Assembly: GCA_031425975.1 (NCBI GenBank)
Contig: JANPKL010000064.1
Span: forward strand, 1-54,675
DNA from: Sphingomonas sp.
GTDB taxonomy: Bacteria; Pseudomonadota; Alphaproteobacteria; Sphingomonadales; Sphingomonadaceae
Direction: 5' to 3'
Length of the DNA stretch: 54,675 nt
In this document: in pieces, positions 1 through 9,844 of the stretch
Numbering within the stretch: the first letter of the stretch is position 1
Layout of the letters: each line of letters starts with the position of its first letter
The notes under the pieces: model-generated
The model's input: only the letters and a program-made list of their open reading frames with translations
Databases searched by the model: none
Told to the model about the DNA's origin: nothing
Program-made: the position numbers and the translations under genes

Positions 1-2
1 TA

Positions 3-1034
3 GTCAACCTCGACGCGGCGGCGATCACGCAGGGCGATCTCGCCTGCATGGAGGAAGCGCTGGCGGCGCGAGGTGATGATCCCGAACATGCCGGCAATCT
101 CCATTTCGCAATCGGCGCGGTGCGCCAGAAAATGGCCGAGCACGACGCCGCCTTCGACCATTATGCCAAGGGCAACGCCCTTCGCCGCGTCGCCCAGCCC
201 TATGACCGGACAACGCTGACGGCGCGGGTCAACGAGGCGCTGGCGCAGGCGAAGACGACCACGATCCCGCCGCGCCGCCGCCCACAGGGGGGCGGGTTCA
301 CACCCCTGTTCATCGTCGGCATGCCGCGGTCGGGCTCGACCCTGATCGAGCGGGTGCTCGGGCGTCATAGCCGGGTCGAGGCGGCGGGCGAGCTGGCGAT
401 CATGCCCTGGCTGGTCGAACGGCTGGGAAGGGACCATCCTGGGGTCTCGATCGAGGCGGCCATTGCGGGCCTGTCGCGGTCGCAGTTGAGCGCCATCGGA
501 CGCACTTATGTCGAGCGCGCGGCGGAGCATCGCCGGCTGGGTCGCCCGGTGCTGATCGACAAATTGCACATGAATTGGCAGCATCTCTCGCTCATCCTGC
601 GCGCGCTTCCGGAGGCACGGGTGATCGACATCCGCCGCGACGCGATGGACTGCTGCTGGTCCAATTACCGGACGCTCTTTTCGCGTGGGCATCCGGCGGC
701 GAGCGACCAGCGCGACCTCGGGAGCTTTTACGTCGATTATGTCCGCCAGCTCGACGGCCTTGCCGCCCTGGCACCGGGCGCCATCCTGCAGATAGACTAT
801 GCCGAAGTGCTCGACGACCTCGAGGGGCAGACCCGGCGGATGCTCGAATTCCTGGGGCTGGCGTTCGAGCCCGACTGCCTCGATTTCCACCTGTCCTCGG
901 CCCCAGTCGCGACCGCCAGCAGCGAGCAGGTGCGCCGCCCGCTCAACCGCGAAGGGGTGGGAACGTGGAAGCCCTATGCGAAATGGCTGGGGCCCCTGCG
1001 CGATGCACTGAGGCCCCTCGCCGACGCTCAGTAG
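3..1034 (+). CDS. TPR-containing sulfotransferase family protein (5' truncated by window edge)
   Basis: PAPS-binding motif [28 protein letters not shown] and C-terminal [10 protein letters not shown]. Frame is open back to position 3. Confidence 0.9.
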   Translation, partial: VNLDAAAITQGDLACMEEALAARGDDPEHAGNLHFAIGAVRQKMAEHDAAFDHYAKGNALRRVAQPYDRTTLTARVNEALAQAKTTTIPPRRRPQGGGFTPLFIVGMPRSGSTLIERVLGRHSRVEAAGELAIMPWLVERLGRDHPGVSIEAAIAGLSRSQLSAIGRTYVERAAEHRRLGRPVLIDKLHMNWQHLSLILRALPEARVIDIRRDAMDCCWSNYRTLFSRGHPAASDQRDLGSFYVDYVRQLDGLAALAPGAILQIDYAEVLDDLEGQTRRMLEFLGLAFEPDCLDFHLSSAPVATASSEQVRRPLNREGVGTWKPYAKWLGPLRDALRPLADAQ

Positions 1035-2452
1035 CGGTAATGCTCGGGCTTGAACGGTCCCGCCGGCTTCACGCCAATGTAGGCAGCCTGCTTGTCGGAC
1101 AGCGTGCTGAGCTTGACGCTCAGCTTGTCGAGGTGGAGCGCGGCGACCTTTTCGTCGAGATGCTTGGGGAGGACATAGACGTCCTTGCCGTACTTCGTCC
1201 CGCCCTGCCACAGTTCGATCTGCGCCAGCACCTGGTTGGTGAAGCTGGCCGACATGACGAAGCTCGGGTGGCCAGTGGCGCAGCCCAGGTTCACCAGGCG
1301 GCCTTTGGCCAGCACGATGATCTTCTTGCCGTCGGGGAACTGGACCTCGTCGACCTGCGGCTTGATCTCGGTCCACTTCATGTTGTTCAGCGCGACGATC
1401 TGGATCTCGCTGTCGAAGTGGCCAATGTTCGAGACGATCGCCATGTTCTTCATCGCGCGCATGTGATCGAGCGTGATGACGTCCATGTTGCCAGTCGCGG
1501 TCACGAAGATGTCGGCGCGCGGGGCGGCCTCCTCCATCGTTACGACTTCATAGCCCTCCATCGCCGCCTGCAGCGCACAGATCGGGTCGACTTCAGTCAC
1601 CAAGACGCGCGCGCCACCGTTGCGGAGCGAGGCGGCCGAGCCCTTGCCGACATCGCCGAAGCCCGCGACCACGGCAACCTTGCCGGCCAGCATGACGTCG
1701 GTGGCGCGGCGGATGGCGTCGACCAGTGATTCCTTGCAGCCGTAGAGGTTGTCGAACTTCGACTTGGTCACGCTGTCGTTGACGTTGATCGCGGGGAAGG
1801 GGAGCTTGCCCTGCTTGGCCAGCTCATAGAGGCGGTGGACTCCGGTGGTGGTCTCTTCGCTGACGCCCTTGATCGCGGCGACGGTCTTGGTGAGGTAGCC
1901 GGGACGCTCCTTGAGGAAGCGGCCGAGGGTGGCGACGAACACCTCCTCTTCCTCGTTGGTCGGTTCGAACAGGGTCTCGCCCGCCTCGACCCGCGCGCCC
2001 CACAGCGCGAACATGGTGGCATCGCCGCCGTCGTCGAGGATCAGGTTGCAGGTCTCGTCTTGATCGCCTTCGTGCGCCCAATCGAAGATGCGGGCCGCAT
2101 AATCCCAATATTCCTCAAGCGTCTCGCCCTTGGTCGCGAACACCGGCACGCCGGTTACGGCGATGGCGGCGGCGGCATGGTCCTGCGTCGAGAAGATGTT
2201 GCAGCTTGCCCAGCGGACCTTGGCGCCGAGGTGGGTGAGGGTCTCGATCAGCACCGCGGTCTGGATTGTCATGTGGAGCGAGCCGGTGATGCGCGCGCCG
2301 GCGAGCGGCTTGGACGCACCAAACTCCTCGCGCAGGGCCATCAGGCCGGGCATCTCGGTCTCGGCGATCTCGATCTCCTTGCGACCGAAGTCGGCGAGGG
2401 AGAGATCCTTGACGAAGTAATCACGGTTCAGGGTGTCGGCGGCAGTGGCCAC
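1028..2452 (-). CDS. ahcY: Adenosylhomocysteinase (SAH hydrolase)
   Basis: Motifs [43 protein letters not shown] and C-terminal HYRY. GTG start. Confidence 0.98.
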   Translation of the reverse strand: MATAADTLNRDYFVKDLSLADFGRKEIEIAETEMPGLMALREEFGASKPLAGARITGSLHMTIQTAVLIETLTHLGAKVRWASCNIFSTQDHAAAAIAVTGVPVFATKGETLEEYWDYAARIFDWAHEGDQDETCNLILDDGGDATMFALWGARVEAGETLFEPTNEEEEVFVATLGRFLKERPGYLTKTVAAIKGVSEETTTGVHRLYELAKQGKLPFPAINVNDSVTKSKFDNLYGCKESLVDAIRRATDVMLAGKVAVVAGFGDVGKGSAASLRNGGARVLVTEVDPICALQAAMEGYEVVTMEEAAPRADIFVTATGNMDVITLDHMRAMKNMAIVSNIGHFDSEIQIVALNNMKWTEIKPQVDEVQFPDGKKIIVLAKGRLVNLGCATGHPSFVMSASFTNQVLAQIELWQGGTKYGKDVYVLPKHLDEKVAALHLDKLSVKLSTLSDKQAAYIGVKPAGPFKPEHYRY

Positions 2453-2509
2453 GGGGAAGCTCCAGCGTTGTTGAGACTGGCGGGGAAACGCCCCCGCGAA
2501 ACGAGGCAG

Positions 2510-2538
2510 CCGCTAGCCGCAGCGCTACCGAAAGGCAA
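2510..2538 (-). promoter_or_regulatory. Putative sigma70 promoter of ahcY
   Basis: TTGCCT-N17-TAGCGG on the minus strand. Confidence 0.55.
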
Positions 2539-2558
2539 ATATAAAGCTTTCTTTATAT
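2539..2558. promoter_or_regulatory. SahR-type operator upstream of ahcY
   Basis: Perfect palindrome ATATAAAG-N4-CTTTATAT, AT-rich in a GC-rich context, abutting the putative ahcY -35. Matches the SahR motif as I recall it for alphaproteobacterial ahcY/metK genes. Confidence 0.8.
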
Positions 2559-2777
2559 GTAGCGCGCCAAGATGGCGAGGCCGCCATTCCGCCGTTAGTC
2601 GAATCCAGCCGTCGCTCGAGCGACGCCAGCTGCCTGTTGGTCCATCCAATTCTACTTGTGTCTGTTTTGTCACATAGGACCGCTGTCGTGTTCAACGATG
2701 CGGGTTAACCGTTTGCAACCAAAGCGCGGTCGGGCATGCCGCGCAATCTTCTATTCGATATGCAGGATTCGAGCCTC

Positions 2778-5700
2778 ATGCGCTTTCAGCCCACCCTGAC
2801 CGTTTCCGCGTCCGCTTTTGCGATCGCCCTTGGCCTCTCCGCCCCTGCCTTCGCGCAGACCGCCACCCCGGTGACCCCGAGCGAGGCCGAGCAATGCGCC
2901 AAGCTCGCCACCGAGCAAGAGCGTGCCGACTGCCTCAAGGGCCAAAGCGTCGAGGCCGAAGGCACCGCTGAAGCGGCCGGCGATCCCGCGACGATCACGC
3001 CGGAAGCCAACGCCGCTCGAGACGCCAGCAGCAGCGACATCGTCGTGACCGGCTCGCGCCTCAAGCGTAGCGCATTTAATAGCCCCGATCCAATTACGGT
3101 TATCGACCCCAATCTCGAGCAGAAGGGCGGAGCGACCAACACGGCCGAAATTCTTCAGGGCTCGCCGATCGCGTCGGGCTCGTTCCAGATTACCTCGCTG
3201 ATTTCGGCCGGTGGCTTCGTCACCAACGGCGGCGTCGGCGCACAGACCTTGTCGCTGCGTGGTCTTGGTGCCGAGCGCACCCTGGTCCTCATCAACGGCC
3301 GCCGTGCCGGTCCGGCCGGTACCCGCGGTTCGATCGCCGGCTTCGACCTGAACGTCATTCCTTCCTCGATCATCCAGACGGTCGAGATCCTCAAGACCGG
3401 CGCGTCGTCGATCTATGGGTCGGACGCCATCGCGGGCGTCGCCAACATCAAGACCAAGCGCGCCACCGACGGTCTCGAGATCCGCGGCCAGCTGTCGCGG
3501 CCGTTTGAGAGCGGCGCCGAGCAATATAACGTCAATGCTGCCTGGGGGAAGGAATTCGATCGCGGGCACATCATCGTCGGCGTCGACTTCTTCAAGCGCA
3601 ACGACATGAGCCGCGGCGACCGCGACTATCTGCTGTGCTCCGAGGAGTATCTGTTCAACACCGCCGGCACCCGCGTCGACGTCCTCGATCCGCGCACCGG
3701 CCGGCCGCGCTGCAACACCACGCAGACCAACTATCTTTCGCTGTCGGGCGCTCGCGCAACCGCAGCCGATCCGGCCGTGACCTTCTCAGTGATCGGCTTC
3801 GGCAATCCCGAAAATCGCTACTCCGAATTCCTGCCCGGCATTCCTCAGACCGCGACGTTCCAGACCCCGACGGGTTTCTTCCCGCTGGCGCTGGCCTGCA
3901 CCCCGGCGACGACGGGCAGCTTCGAGGTCTGCCGCAACAGTCTTGCGCTGCTCAATCAGCAGTCGCCGCTGCTGGCCGGTGTCGACATCTTCCCAAGCCT
4001 GAAACGCTACACTGCGACGCTCGACGCCAGCTACGAGATCACTGACGGCGTCGAACTGGTCGGCGAATTTTTGTTTAATCGCCGCGAGTCTGAGACCGAC
4101 GGCCTCCGGCAGCTGTTCTTCAACCAGTTCAGCGGCGGCACGCTCGGTACCGTCACCGCCCTCAGCCAGGTCCCGGTAAACATCTGCTCGGCAACCCAGC
4201 GGCTTCTGAATGCCAATTGTAATCCTTTGACCGGCGGTGACCCGTTCAATGCGGGCTTCGCCGGCAACTTCCTCATCCAACCGGTCATCGGCATCCCGAC
4301 CTTCGTTTCCACCAAGGTCGATTACGCGCGCGGCGTGGTTGGCGCGAAGTGGGACATCAACAGCAACTGGGCGCTCGACAGCTTCGTGCAGTACAGCCGC
4401 TCGAACGGTGACTACACCAACAGCCGGGTGTTCCAGGACGCCGTCGAGCTGCAGGAACTGCGCTCGCAGGCCTGCCAGCCGGGCCAGCTGACCCGCATCC
4501 GGCGCATCGCCTGCGTCGACATCGACTTCACCGATCCGCGCGTCATTGCCGGCAACTTCAATGCCGCCGAGAGCGCTTTCCTGTTTGGCGAAGAAACCGG
4601 CAACACCAAATATACGCAGCTGACGGGTGAAGTCAGTGTTGCCGGTACGGTGTTCCGCATGCCGGCCGGTCCGGTCGGCCTGGCGACCGGTGTTCAGTGG
4701 CGCCGCGACGAGATTGACGACACCCCGGGCAACATCGCCCTGTCGGTCAACCCGCTCTTCGATGCGAGCATCGCAGCGACCGACCTGCGCTGCCGTCAAC
4801 CCGACCAGCCCTGCCAGCGCCTGATCAGCAACGTCTTTGGTCAGTCGGTCGCGGGTCGCACCGCTGGCTATTCGGTCAGCAAGGAAGCCTTTGCCGAAGT
4901 CGACTTCCCGCTGGTTCACAATACGCCGTTCATCAAGTATCTCGGCCTGTCGGGCGCGGCCCGCTTGACCAACGTCTATTCCGAGCGTGACCCGGACGGC
5001 GCGAACGATACCAACAACGGCAACTGGACCTACAAGCTGGGCGTCAACTGGCAGGTCAACGACTGGCTGCGGTTCCGTGCCACCCGCGGCACCTCGTTCC
5101 GCGCTCCGGCGCTGTTCGAGCAGTTCCTCGCCAACCAGACCGGTTTCCAGGGGCAGGGCGCGATCGATCCTTGCATCAACTATGGACCTCGTTCGCTGGC
5201 CGGCACGCTCGACACCCGCATCGCGGGCCGCTGTGCTGCCCTGGGTCTCGAGCCGACCTATCCGGGCCGCGGCTCTTCGGCCACGATCACCACGGGTGGC
5301 GGCGTTGGCGTGCTTGAGCCGGAGACGTCCGAGGCCAAGACCTTCAGCGTCGTCCTGACGCCGACGGTCGGGCTGTGGGAAGGAATGCGCTTCAGCGTTG
5401 CGGTCGATTATTTCGACATCGACGTGAAGGGTCAGATTACGACCCTTGGTGCAAACAACATCATCTTCCAGTGCCTGAATAGCGAGAGCTTCCCGACCGA
5501 TCCGGCCTGCTCGCTCTTCGTTCGGAACACTGATCCCAACACGTCGGACTTCGGCGCGATCATCTCGGTTTCGAACCCTTATCTGAATATCAACTCGCAG
5601 CGGAACCGCGGCGTCGATCTGACCGCCCGGATCAGCCAGGATCTGGGCCGTTACGGCAAGCTGTCGATCCTCGGTCAGAGCACGTGGCAGCTTGAGGATC

Positions 5701-6170
5701 GATTCGAGCTGTTCCGCGGCGTAATCGCGGACGACAATGGTGAAATCGGCGAACCGAAGTTCACCGGCAACGTGCGCACCACCTACGACATCGGCGATTG
5801 GTCGATCTTCTACGGTCTCGATATCGTCGGCGCCGTGTCGAACGAGCAGGACGTCCGTAACCTTGCGAATCGCGGCTTCGACACCTGCCTGCGCGGAACC
5901 GCAGGCGCCGCCATCCGTGGCGGTGAATATTGCTCGATCTACAAGCTCGATCCGGTCTTCTACCACAGCGCGTCGGTGACGCGGTCGTTCTCTAACGATC
6001 GCTTCATCATCACGGCCGGCATCAACAATTTGTTCGATACCAATCCTCCGCGCGTGTCGGGCTCCTTCAACCCGGCGTCCATCAGTGCGACGGGCAAGTC
6101 TCCGACGTTCGGGACCCAATATGACCTGATCGGTCGCCGGGCCTTCATCAGCGGCCGTGCCCGCTTCTAG
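2778..6170 (+). CDS. TonB-dependent receptor (large, Cys-rich loops)
   Basis: Signal peptide (..APAFAQ), TonB box DIVVTGSR, plug motifs LRGLGAERTLVLINGRR and GASSIYGSDAIAGV, C-terminal F. Start placed at ATG 2778 after AGGA; 2736 is an alternative. Confidence 0.95.
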   Translation: MRFQPTLTVSASAFAIALGLSAPAFAQTATPVTPSEAEQCAKLATEQERADCLKGQSVEAEGTAEAAGDPATITPEANAARDASSSDIVVTGSRLKRSAFNSPDPITVIDPNLEQKGGATNTAEILQGSPIASGSFQITSLISAGGFVTNGGVGAQTLSLRGLGAERTLVLINGRRAGPAGTRGSIAGFDLNVIPSSIIQTVEILKTGASSIYGSDAIAGVANIKTKRATDGLEIRGQLSRPFESGAEQYNVNAAWGKEFDRGHIIVGVDFFKRNDMSRGDRDYLLCSEEYLFNTAGTRVDVLDPRTGRPRCNTTQTNYLSLSGARATAADPAVTFSVIGFGNPENRYSEFLPGIPQTATFQTPTGFFPLALACTPATTGSFEVCRNSLALLNQQSPLLAGVDIFPSLKRYTATLDASYEITDGVELVGEFLFNRRESETDGLRQLFFNQFSGGTLGTVTALSQVPVNICSATQRLLNANCNPLTGGDPFNAGFAGNFLIQPVIGIPTFVSTKVDYARGVVGAKWDINSNWALDSFVQYSRSNGDYTNSRVFQDAVELQELRSQACQPGQLTRIRRIACVDIDFTDPRVIAGNFNAAESAFLFGEETGNTKYTQLTGEVSVAGTVFRMPAGPVGLATGVQWRRDEIDDTPGNIALSVNPLFDASIAATDLRCRQPDQPCQRLISNVFGQSVAGRTAGYSVSKEAFAEVDFPLVHNTPFIKYLGLSGAARLTNVYSERDPDGANDTNNGNWTYKLGVNWQVNDWLRFRATRGTSFRAPALFEQFLANQTGFQGQGAIDPCINYGPRSLAGTLDTRIAGRCAALGLEPTYPGRGSSATITTGGGVGVLEPETSEAKTFSVVLTPTVGLWEGMRFSVAVDYFDIDVKGQITTLGANNIIFQCLNSESFPTDPACSLFVRNTDPNTSDFGAIISVSNPYLNINSQRNRGVDLTARISQDLGRYGKLSILGQSTWQLEDRFELFRGVIADDNGEIGEPKFTGNVRTTYDIGDWSIFYGLDIVGAVSNEQDVRNLANRGFDTCLRGTAGAAIRGGEYCSIYKLDPVFYHSASVTRSFSNDRFIITAGINNLFDTNPPRVSGSFNPASISATGKSPTFGTQYDLIGRRAFISGRARF

Positions 6171-6203
6171 TCGCGGCGACAGAGACAAAAGAAAGGTTTG
6201 ATT

Positions 6204-6908
6204 ATGAAGGCTTTCCTCACTGCACTGCCGCTGCTTGCGACCATTGCCATGGCCACTCCAGCCGTGGCCCAGGATTCGACGGCTTCGATCGATCGCGCGG
6301 TCAATCTGCGCGGCGAGCTCAACTTTGGTTACGATGAGCTTCGCACCGCCTACATCCAGGCCCGCAGCCAGGAGCGGGATATCGGAACCAGCGGCTTCAC
6401 TTTCGGCGCCGAAGTGGGCGTCGATGCCCGCGTCGGTTCGAACCTGATCGTCGGGGCTTATGCCGGGCTGCTCAACAGCCAGCTTGAGCAGTGCCGCGGC
6501 AATGTCTTTACCGCGCCGCCCGTCGCCAGCGACGAATTCTGCTTCGATGCCGGTAACAACCTGCGTGCCGGCGTTCGGGCGGGCCTCAAGACCGGCGATG
6601 GCGGGATGATCTACATCAAGGGCGGCATCAGCCGCGCCAAGATCGACGCGACCTATCGGAGCCGTCCGGGCTCGACCGCCACGGTGACCACGCCGATCGT
6701 CAATCGCATCGATCAGAGCGAAACCGCCAACGGTTTCCACGGCGGTGCCGGCGTCGAGCTCGACCTCGGCCGCAGCACCTACATCAAGGCCGAGTATAAT
6801 TACGAACGCTACAAGAACCTCTACGAGGGCAAACTGCCGGTCGGCGACAATATCGACGCCAGCCGTCACATGATCCTCGCCGGGTTCGGCATCCGCTTCG
6901 GCCGCTGA
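6204..6908 (+). CDS. Outer-membrane beta-barrel (porin/OmpA-like barrel) protein
   Basis: Signal peptide PAVAQ, amphipathic strands (GGAGVE, YIKAEYNY) and terminal AGFGIRF. RBS-like GAAAGG before ATG 6204. Confidence 0.85.
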   Translation: MKAFLTALPLLATIAMATPAVAQDSTASIDRAVNLRGELNFGYDELRTAYIQARSQERDIGTSGFTFGAEVGVDARVGSNLIVGAYAGLLNSQLEQCRGNVFTAPPVASDEFCFDAGNNLRAGVRAGLKTGDGGMIYIKGGISRAKIDATYRSRPGSTATVTTPIVNRIDQSETANGFHGGAGVELDLGRSTYIKAEYNYERYKNLYEGKLPVGDNIDASRHMILAGFGIRFGR

Positions 6909-6930
6909 TCCTTCGATCTGGTTTGCATCC

Positions 6931-6978
6931 GGGCCGGGCAGGGTTTCTTCGCGGGAACCTTGCCCGGCCCTTTTGTTT
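6931..6978 (+). terminator. Rho-independent terminator of the TBDR-OMP unit
   Basis: Long GC stem GGGCCGGGCAGGGTTTC / GGAACCTTGCCCGGCCC followed by TTTTGTTT. Confidence 0.9.
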
Positions 6979-6981
6979 GGC

Positions 6982-7010
6982 TTGGGGCTCGACGCTTCCC
7001 CGGCTAAGCC
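6982..7010 (+). promoter_or_regulatory. Putative sigma70 promoter of the divL operon
   Basis: TTGGGG-N17-TAAGCC directly after the terminator. Confidence 0.5.
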
Positions 7011-7046
7011 CATCGGCATGACAGAAATCGGCGGGGCGGGGCCTCG

Positions 7047-9392
7047 ATGATCGGGGAGGGTCAGGCTTCGGGGCTATTGCTAGCGCTGGCCGCGCTGTGG
7101 CTCCCGCTGGCTATGCTGCTGACCCTGCTCGCCGCCCGCCGCATGGCCGCCGCGCGTCGGCAGATCGTCCGCGCGCGGGAGATCGGCGCGTTGCTCGCCG
7201 CCGCGCCCTCGCGCCCGCTGATCGTACGCCCCGACCGTAGTCTGGAGGCCGATCCTTCGCTGCTCCGCCTGCTCGGCTCCGAGGGCGTCTCCTGTTTCGA
7301 CGATTTATTCGGGCCCGAGGGGATCGCCGAGGACGAGCGCCTGCCGCTTGCCGCCGACCTCGCCGCCGCCGCCGTCGGATCGCGGCGGATCGATCGCTCG
7401 ATCAGGATTCGCGGTTCCGGGCGGTTGCTCGACCTGCGTGGAGGGCCGGCACCTGCACCAGCCCCCGCCGGCGCGGTGCTGCTGTGGATCGCCGACAGCA
7501 GCAGCGCGGAACGCGAGCGGGCCGGGACCGCCGAGCGGCTCCAGGGCACGCAGCAGGCGCTGGGCGCGCTGACGCAATTGATCGAGGCCGCGCCTTTCCC
7601 GATGTGGGTGCGCGGGACCGACCTTAACCTCGCCCTCGTCAATCGCGCGTTCGTCCGCGCGGTCGAGGCGAGCGACGCCGGGGAAGTGGTCGCGCGGGGG
7701 ATCGAACTGGTCGAGGAGACCGGCGATAGCGACAGCCCGCGCTCGGGCGCCGCGCGCGCGGTCGCGGACGGCGTCACGATAGAGCGCACCCATCCGGCGA
7801 CGATCGGCGGTGAGCGGCGGCTGCTGCGGCTGGTCGATGTGCCTTTGCCCGGCGGAACGGTCGCCGGCTATGCGATCGATATCCAGGAGCTGGACGACAC
7901 CCGGGCCGAGCTTGACCGCTACATCCAGAGCCAGCGCGAGCTGTCCGACCGGATGACCGCGGGCGCGGTCCAGTTCGACAGCGAACGTCGTTTGTCATCC
8001 TATAACCGCCCGTTCGCGATCCTGGCGCAGATGGAGCCCGAATGGCTCGACGAAAAGCCCGAGTTCGACCGCCTGCTGGAACGCATGCGCGAGCACCATC
8101 GACTGCCGGAAACGCGCGATTTTCCCCTGTGGAAGGCCGAACGACGGGCATGGTTCACCAGTGCGACCGAAGTTCAGGAGGATGAGTGGATCCTCGCCAA
8201 TGGCGACCACGTGCGGGTCGTCGGACAGCCGCTGCCCGACGGCGGCCTGCGGCTGATCTTCGAGGATCGGACCGAACAGGTTCGGCTCGCCAGCGCCCGC
8301 GACACGCTGCTGCGGGTGCACAGCGCCACCTTCGACAATCTGTTCGAGGGAATTGCGGTGTTCGCCTCGGACGGTCGGTTGTATCTGTGGAACCGGCGCT
8401 TCGGCAACTTCTGGAACCTCGACGAAGCCTGGCTGGCCGAGCATCCGCGCGTCGACGAGCTGGTCCCGGCCTTTGCTCAGCGGCTGGTCAATCCGACCGC
8501 CGCCGCAACGCTGCGCGAACTGATCCGCGCCGCGACGTCCGAGCGGCGGGCGGAGCGCGGGCGGTTAAGCCTCGCCGATGGTCGCCAGTTCGAATTTGCA
8601 GCGGTCCCGCTGCCCGACGGCAATGCGCTTTTCACGATGATCGACGTGACCGACTCAAGCCGGATCGAAGCCGCGCTGCGCGAACGGGCCGAAGCGCTGG
8701 AGAAGGCGGACCGGGTGCGGACCGAGTTCGTCGCCAACATGAGCTACGAACTGCGTACCCCGCTGACCTCGATCGGTGGCTTCGCGGAGATGTTGAAGGG
8801 CGGTTATGCGGGCGATTTGACCGGGTCCGCCCAAGAATATGTCGCCGCGATCCTCGAATCGGTCGCGCGCCTGTCGCGGCTGATCGACGACGTGCTCGAC
8901 CTCACCCAGGGCGAGAAGGGCGAGGTGCCGCTGGAGCGCGAGCGGGTCGATCTGGCAGGACTGGTGCGCAGCGTCGCGGAGGGGATGGAGCCGGCCGCGG
9001 CGGCGAAGCGCCTGCGCTTCCGGCTGGTTGTCGGCGAGGGCACGGGCTCGGTCCAGGGCGATTCGCGGCGATTGCGCGAAAGCCTCGAGCATATCCTGCG
9101 CAACGCCATCGCCTACACCGACAAGGGCGAGGTGCGGGTGATTACCCGGGGCGACCAGGGCCATGCGGAAATTCTGGTCGCCGATACCGGTCCGGGCCTC
9201 GCGCCCGAATTGCAGGCGGTTGTGTTCGAGCGATTCACCCGGCTCGGCGAGGGCCGCGGGGACGCCGCCCTTGGCCTCGGCCTGCCCTTGTCACGCCAGT
9301 TCATCGAGGCGCATGGCGGGACGGTCGCGCTGACGAGCGTGGAGGGCAAGGGCACCAGCCTGCTGGTCACGCTGCCGCGCGAAGGGCGCTGA
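7047..9392 (+). CDS. divL: DivL-type PAS-domain pseudo-histidine kinase
   Basis: N-terminal TM, several PAS-like domains, H-box FVANMSYELRTPL with Tyr replacing His, HATPase domain. Lies directly upstream of tsaE-amgK-murU-addBA. Confidence 0.88.
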   Translation: MIGEGQASGLLLALAALWLPLAMLLTLLAARRMAAARRQIVRAREIGALLAAAPSRPLIVRPDRSLEADPSLLRLLGSEGVSCFDDLFGPEGIAEDERLPLAADLAAAAVGSRRIDRSIRIRGSGRLLDLRGGPAPAPAPAGAVLLWIADSSSAERERAGTAERLQGTQQALGALTQLIEAAPFPMWVRGTDLNLALVNRAFVRAVEASDAGEVVARGIELVEETGDSDSPRSGAARAVADGVTIERTHPATIGGERRLLRLVDVPLPGGTVAGYAIDIQELDDTRAELDRYIQSQRELSDRMTAGAVQFDSERRLSSYNRPFAILAQMEPEWLDEKPEFDRLLERMREHHRLPETRDFPLWKAERRAWFTSATEVQEDEWILANGDHVRVVGQPLPDGGLRLIFEDRTEQVRLASARDTLLRVHSATFDNLFEGIAVFASDGRLYLWNRRFGNFWNLDEAWLAEHPRVDELVPAFAQRLVNPTAAATLRELIRAATSERRAERGRLSLADGRQFEFAAVPLPDGNALFTMIDVTDSSRIEAALRERAEALEKADRVRTEFVANMSYELRTPLTSIGGFAEMLKGGYAGDLTGSAQEYVAAILESVARLSRLIDDVLDLTQGEKGEVPLERERVDLAGLVRSVAEGMEPAAAAKRLRFRLVVGEGTGSVQGDSRRLRESLEHILRNAIAYTDKGEVRVITRGDQGHAEILVADTGPGLAPELQAVVFERFTRLGEGRGDAALGLGLPLSRQFIEAHGGTVALTSVEGKGTSLLVTLPREGR

Positions 9393-9394
9393 CG

Positions 9395-9844
9395 ATGTGG
9401 ACCCTCGCCGAGCCCGAGATGGCCACCGCGGGGGCCGCGCTGGCGGATGTGCTGAAGCCCGGCGATGTCGTCACGCTCGACGGACCGCTTGGCGCTGGCA
9501 AGACCAGCCTTGCACGGTCCGTGCTGATTGCGCTCGGCCACCTCGGCGAAGTGCCGTCGCCCACCTTTGCGATCGTCCAGCCCTATGAAGCGCTGCGGCT
9601 GCCCGTCTTCCACGCCGACCTCTATCGCATCGAGGAGCCGAGCGACCTCCTCGAACTCGGGCTCGACGAGATCTTGAGCGAAGGCGCGCTGCTGGTCGAA
9701 TGGCCCGAGCGCGCGGGTGCGGCAGCCTGGCCACAGGCGCTGCGCCTCCGCCTCGAGCCGCTGGGCGAGGACCGCCGCGCCTTGACTTGGCAGGTGCCGC
9801 CGCCATGGGAGGGGCGATGGCCGCCGCACCCTCCCAGCCCATGA
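9395..9844 (+). CDS. tsaE: tRNA threonylcarbamoyladenosine biosynthesis ATPase
   Basis: GPLGAGKT, VPSPTF, HADLYR and LVEWP motifs (C-terminal part of the track ORF 8186..9844). Confidence 0.95.
   Translation: MWTLAEPEMATAGAALADVLKPGDVVTLDGPLGAGKTSLARSVLIALGHLGEVPSPTFAIVQPYEALRLPVFHADLYRIEEPSDLLELGLDEILSEGALLVEWPERAGAAAWPQALRLRLEPLGEDRRALTWQVPPPWEGRWPPHPPSP

Noticed and set aside
2453-2510. SAH/SAM riboswitch upstream of ahcY
   Set aside because: The predicted leader is only about 50 nt with no riboswitch consensus I can recognise; the palindromic operator explains regulation better.
2701-2720. CtrA box upstream of the TBDR
   Set aside because: Only one TTAA half-site; it does not fit TTAA-N7-TTAA.
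3786-7019. 1077-aa antisense ORF opposite the TBDR/OMP genes
   Set aside because: Shadow frame expected from biased high-GC codon usage; no recognisable motifs.
8740-8770. His-to-Tyr substitution in the kinase H-box as a novelty
   Set aside because: This is the established DivL signature.
8186-9394. Long N-terminal extensions of tsaE, tyrS, nnr and the M28 peptidase in the ORF track
   Set aside because: They overlap neighbouring real genes in other frames; family motifs begin at the downstream starts I used.
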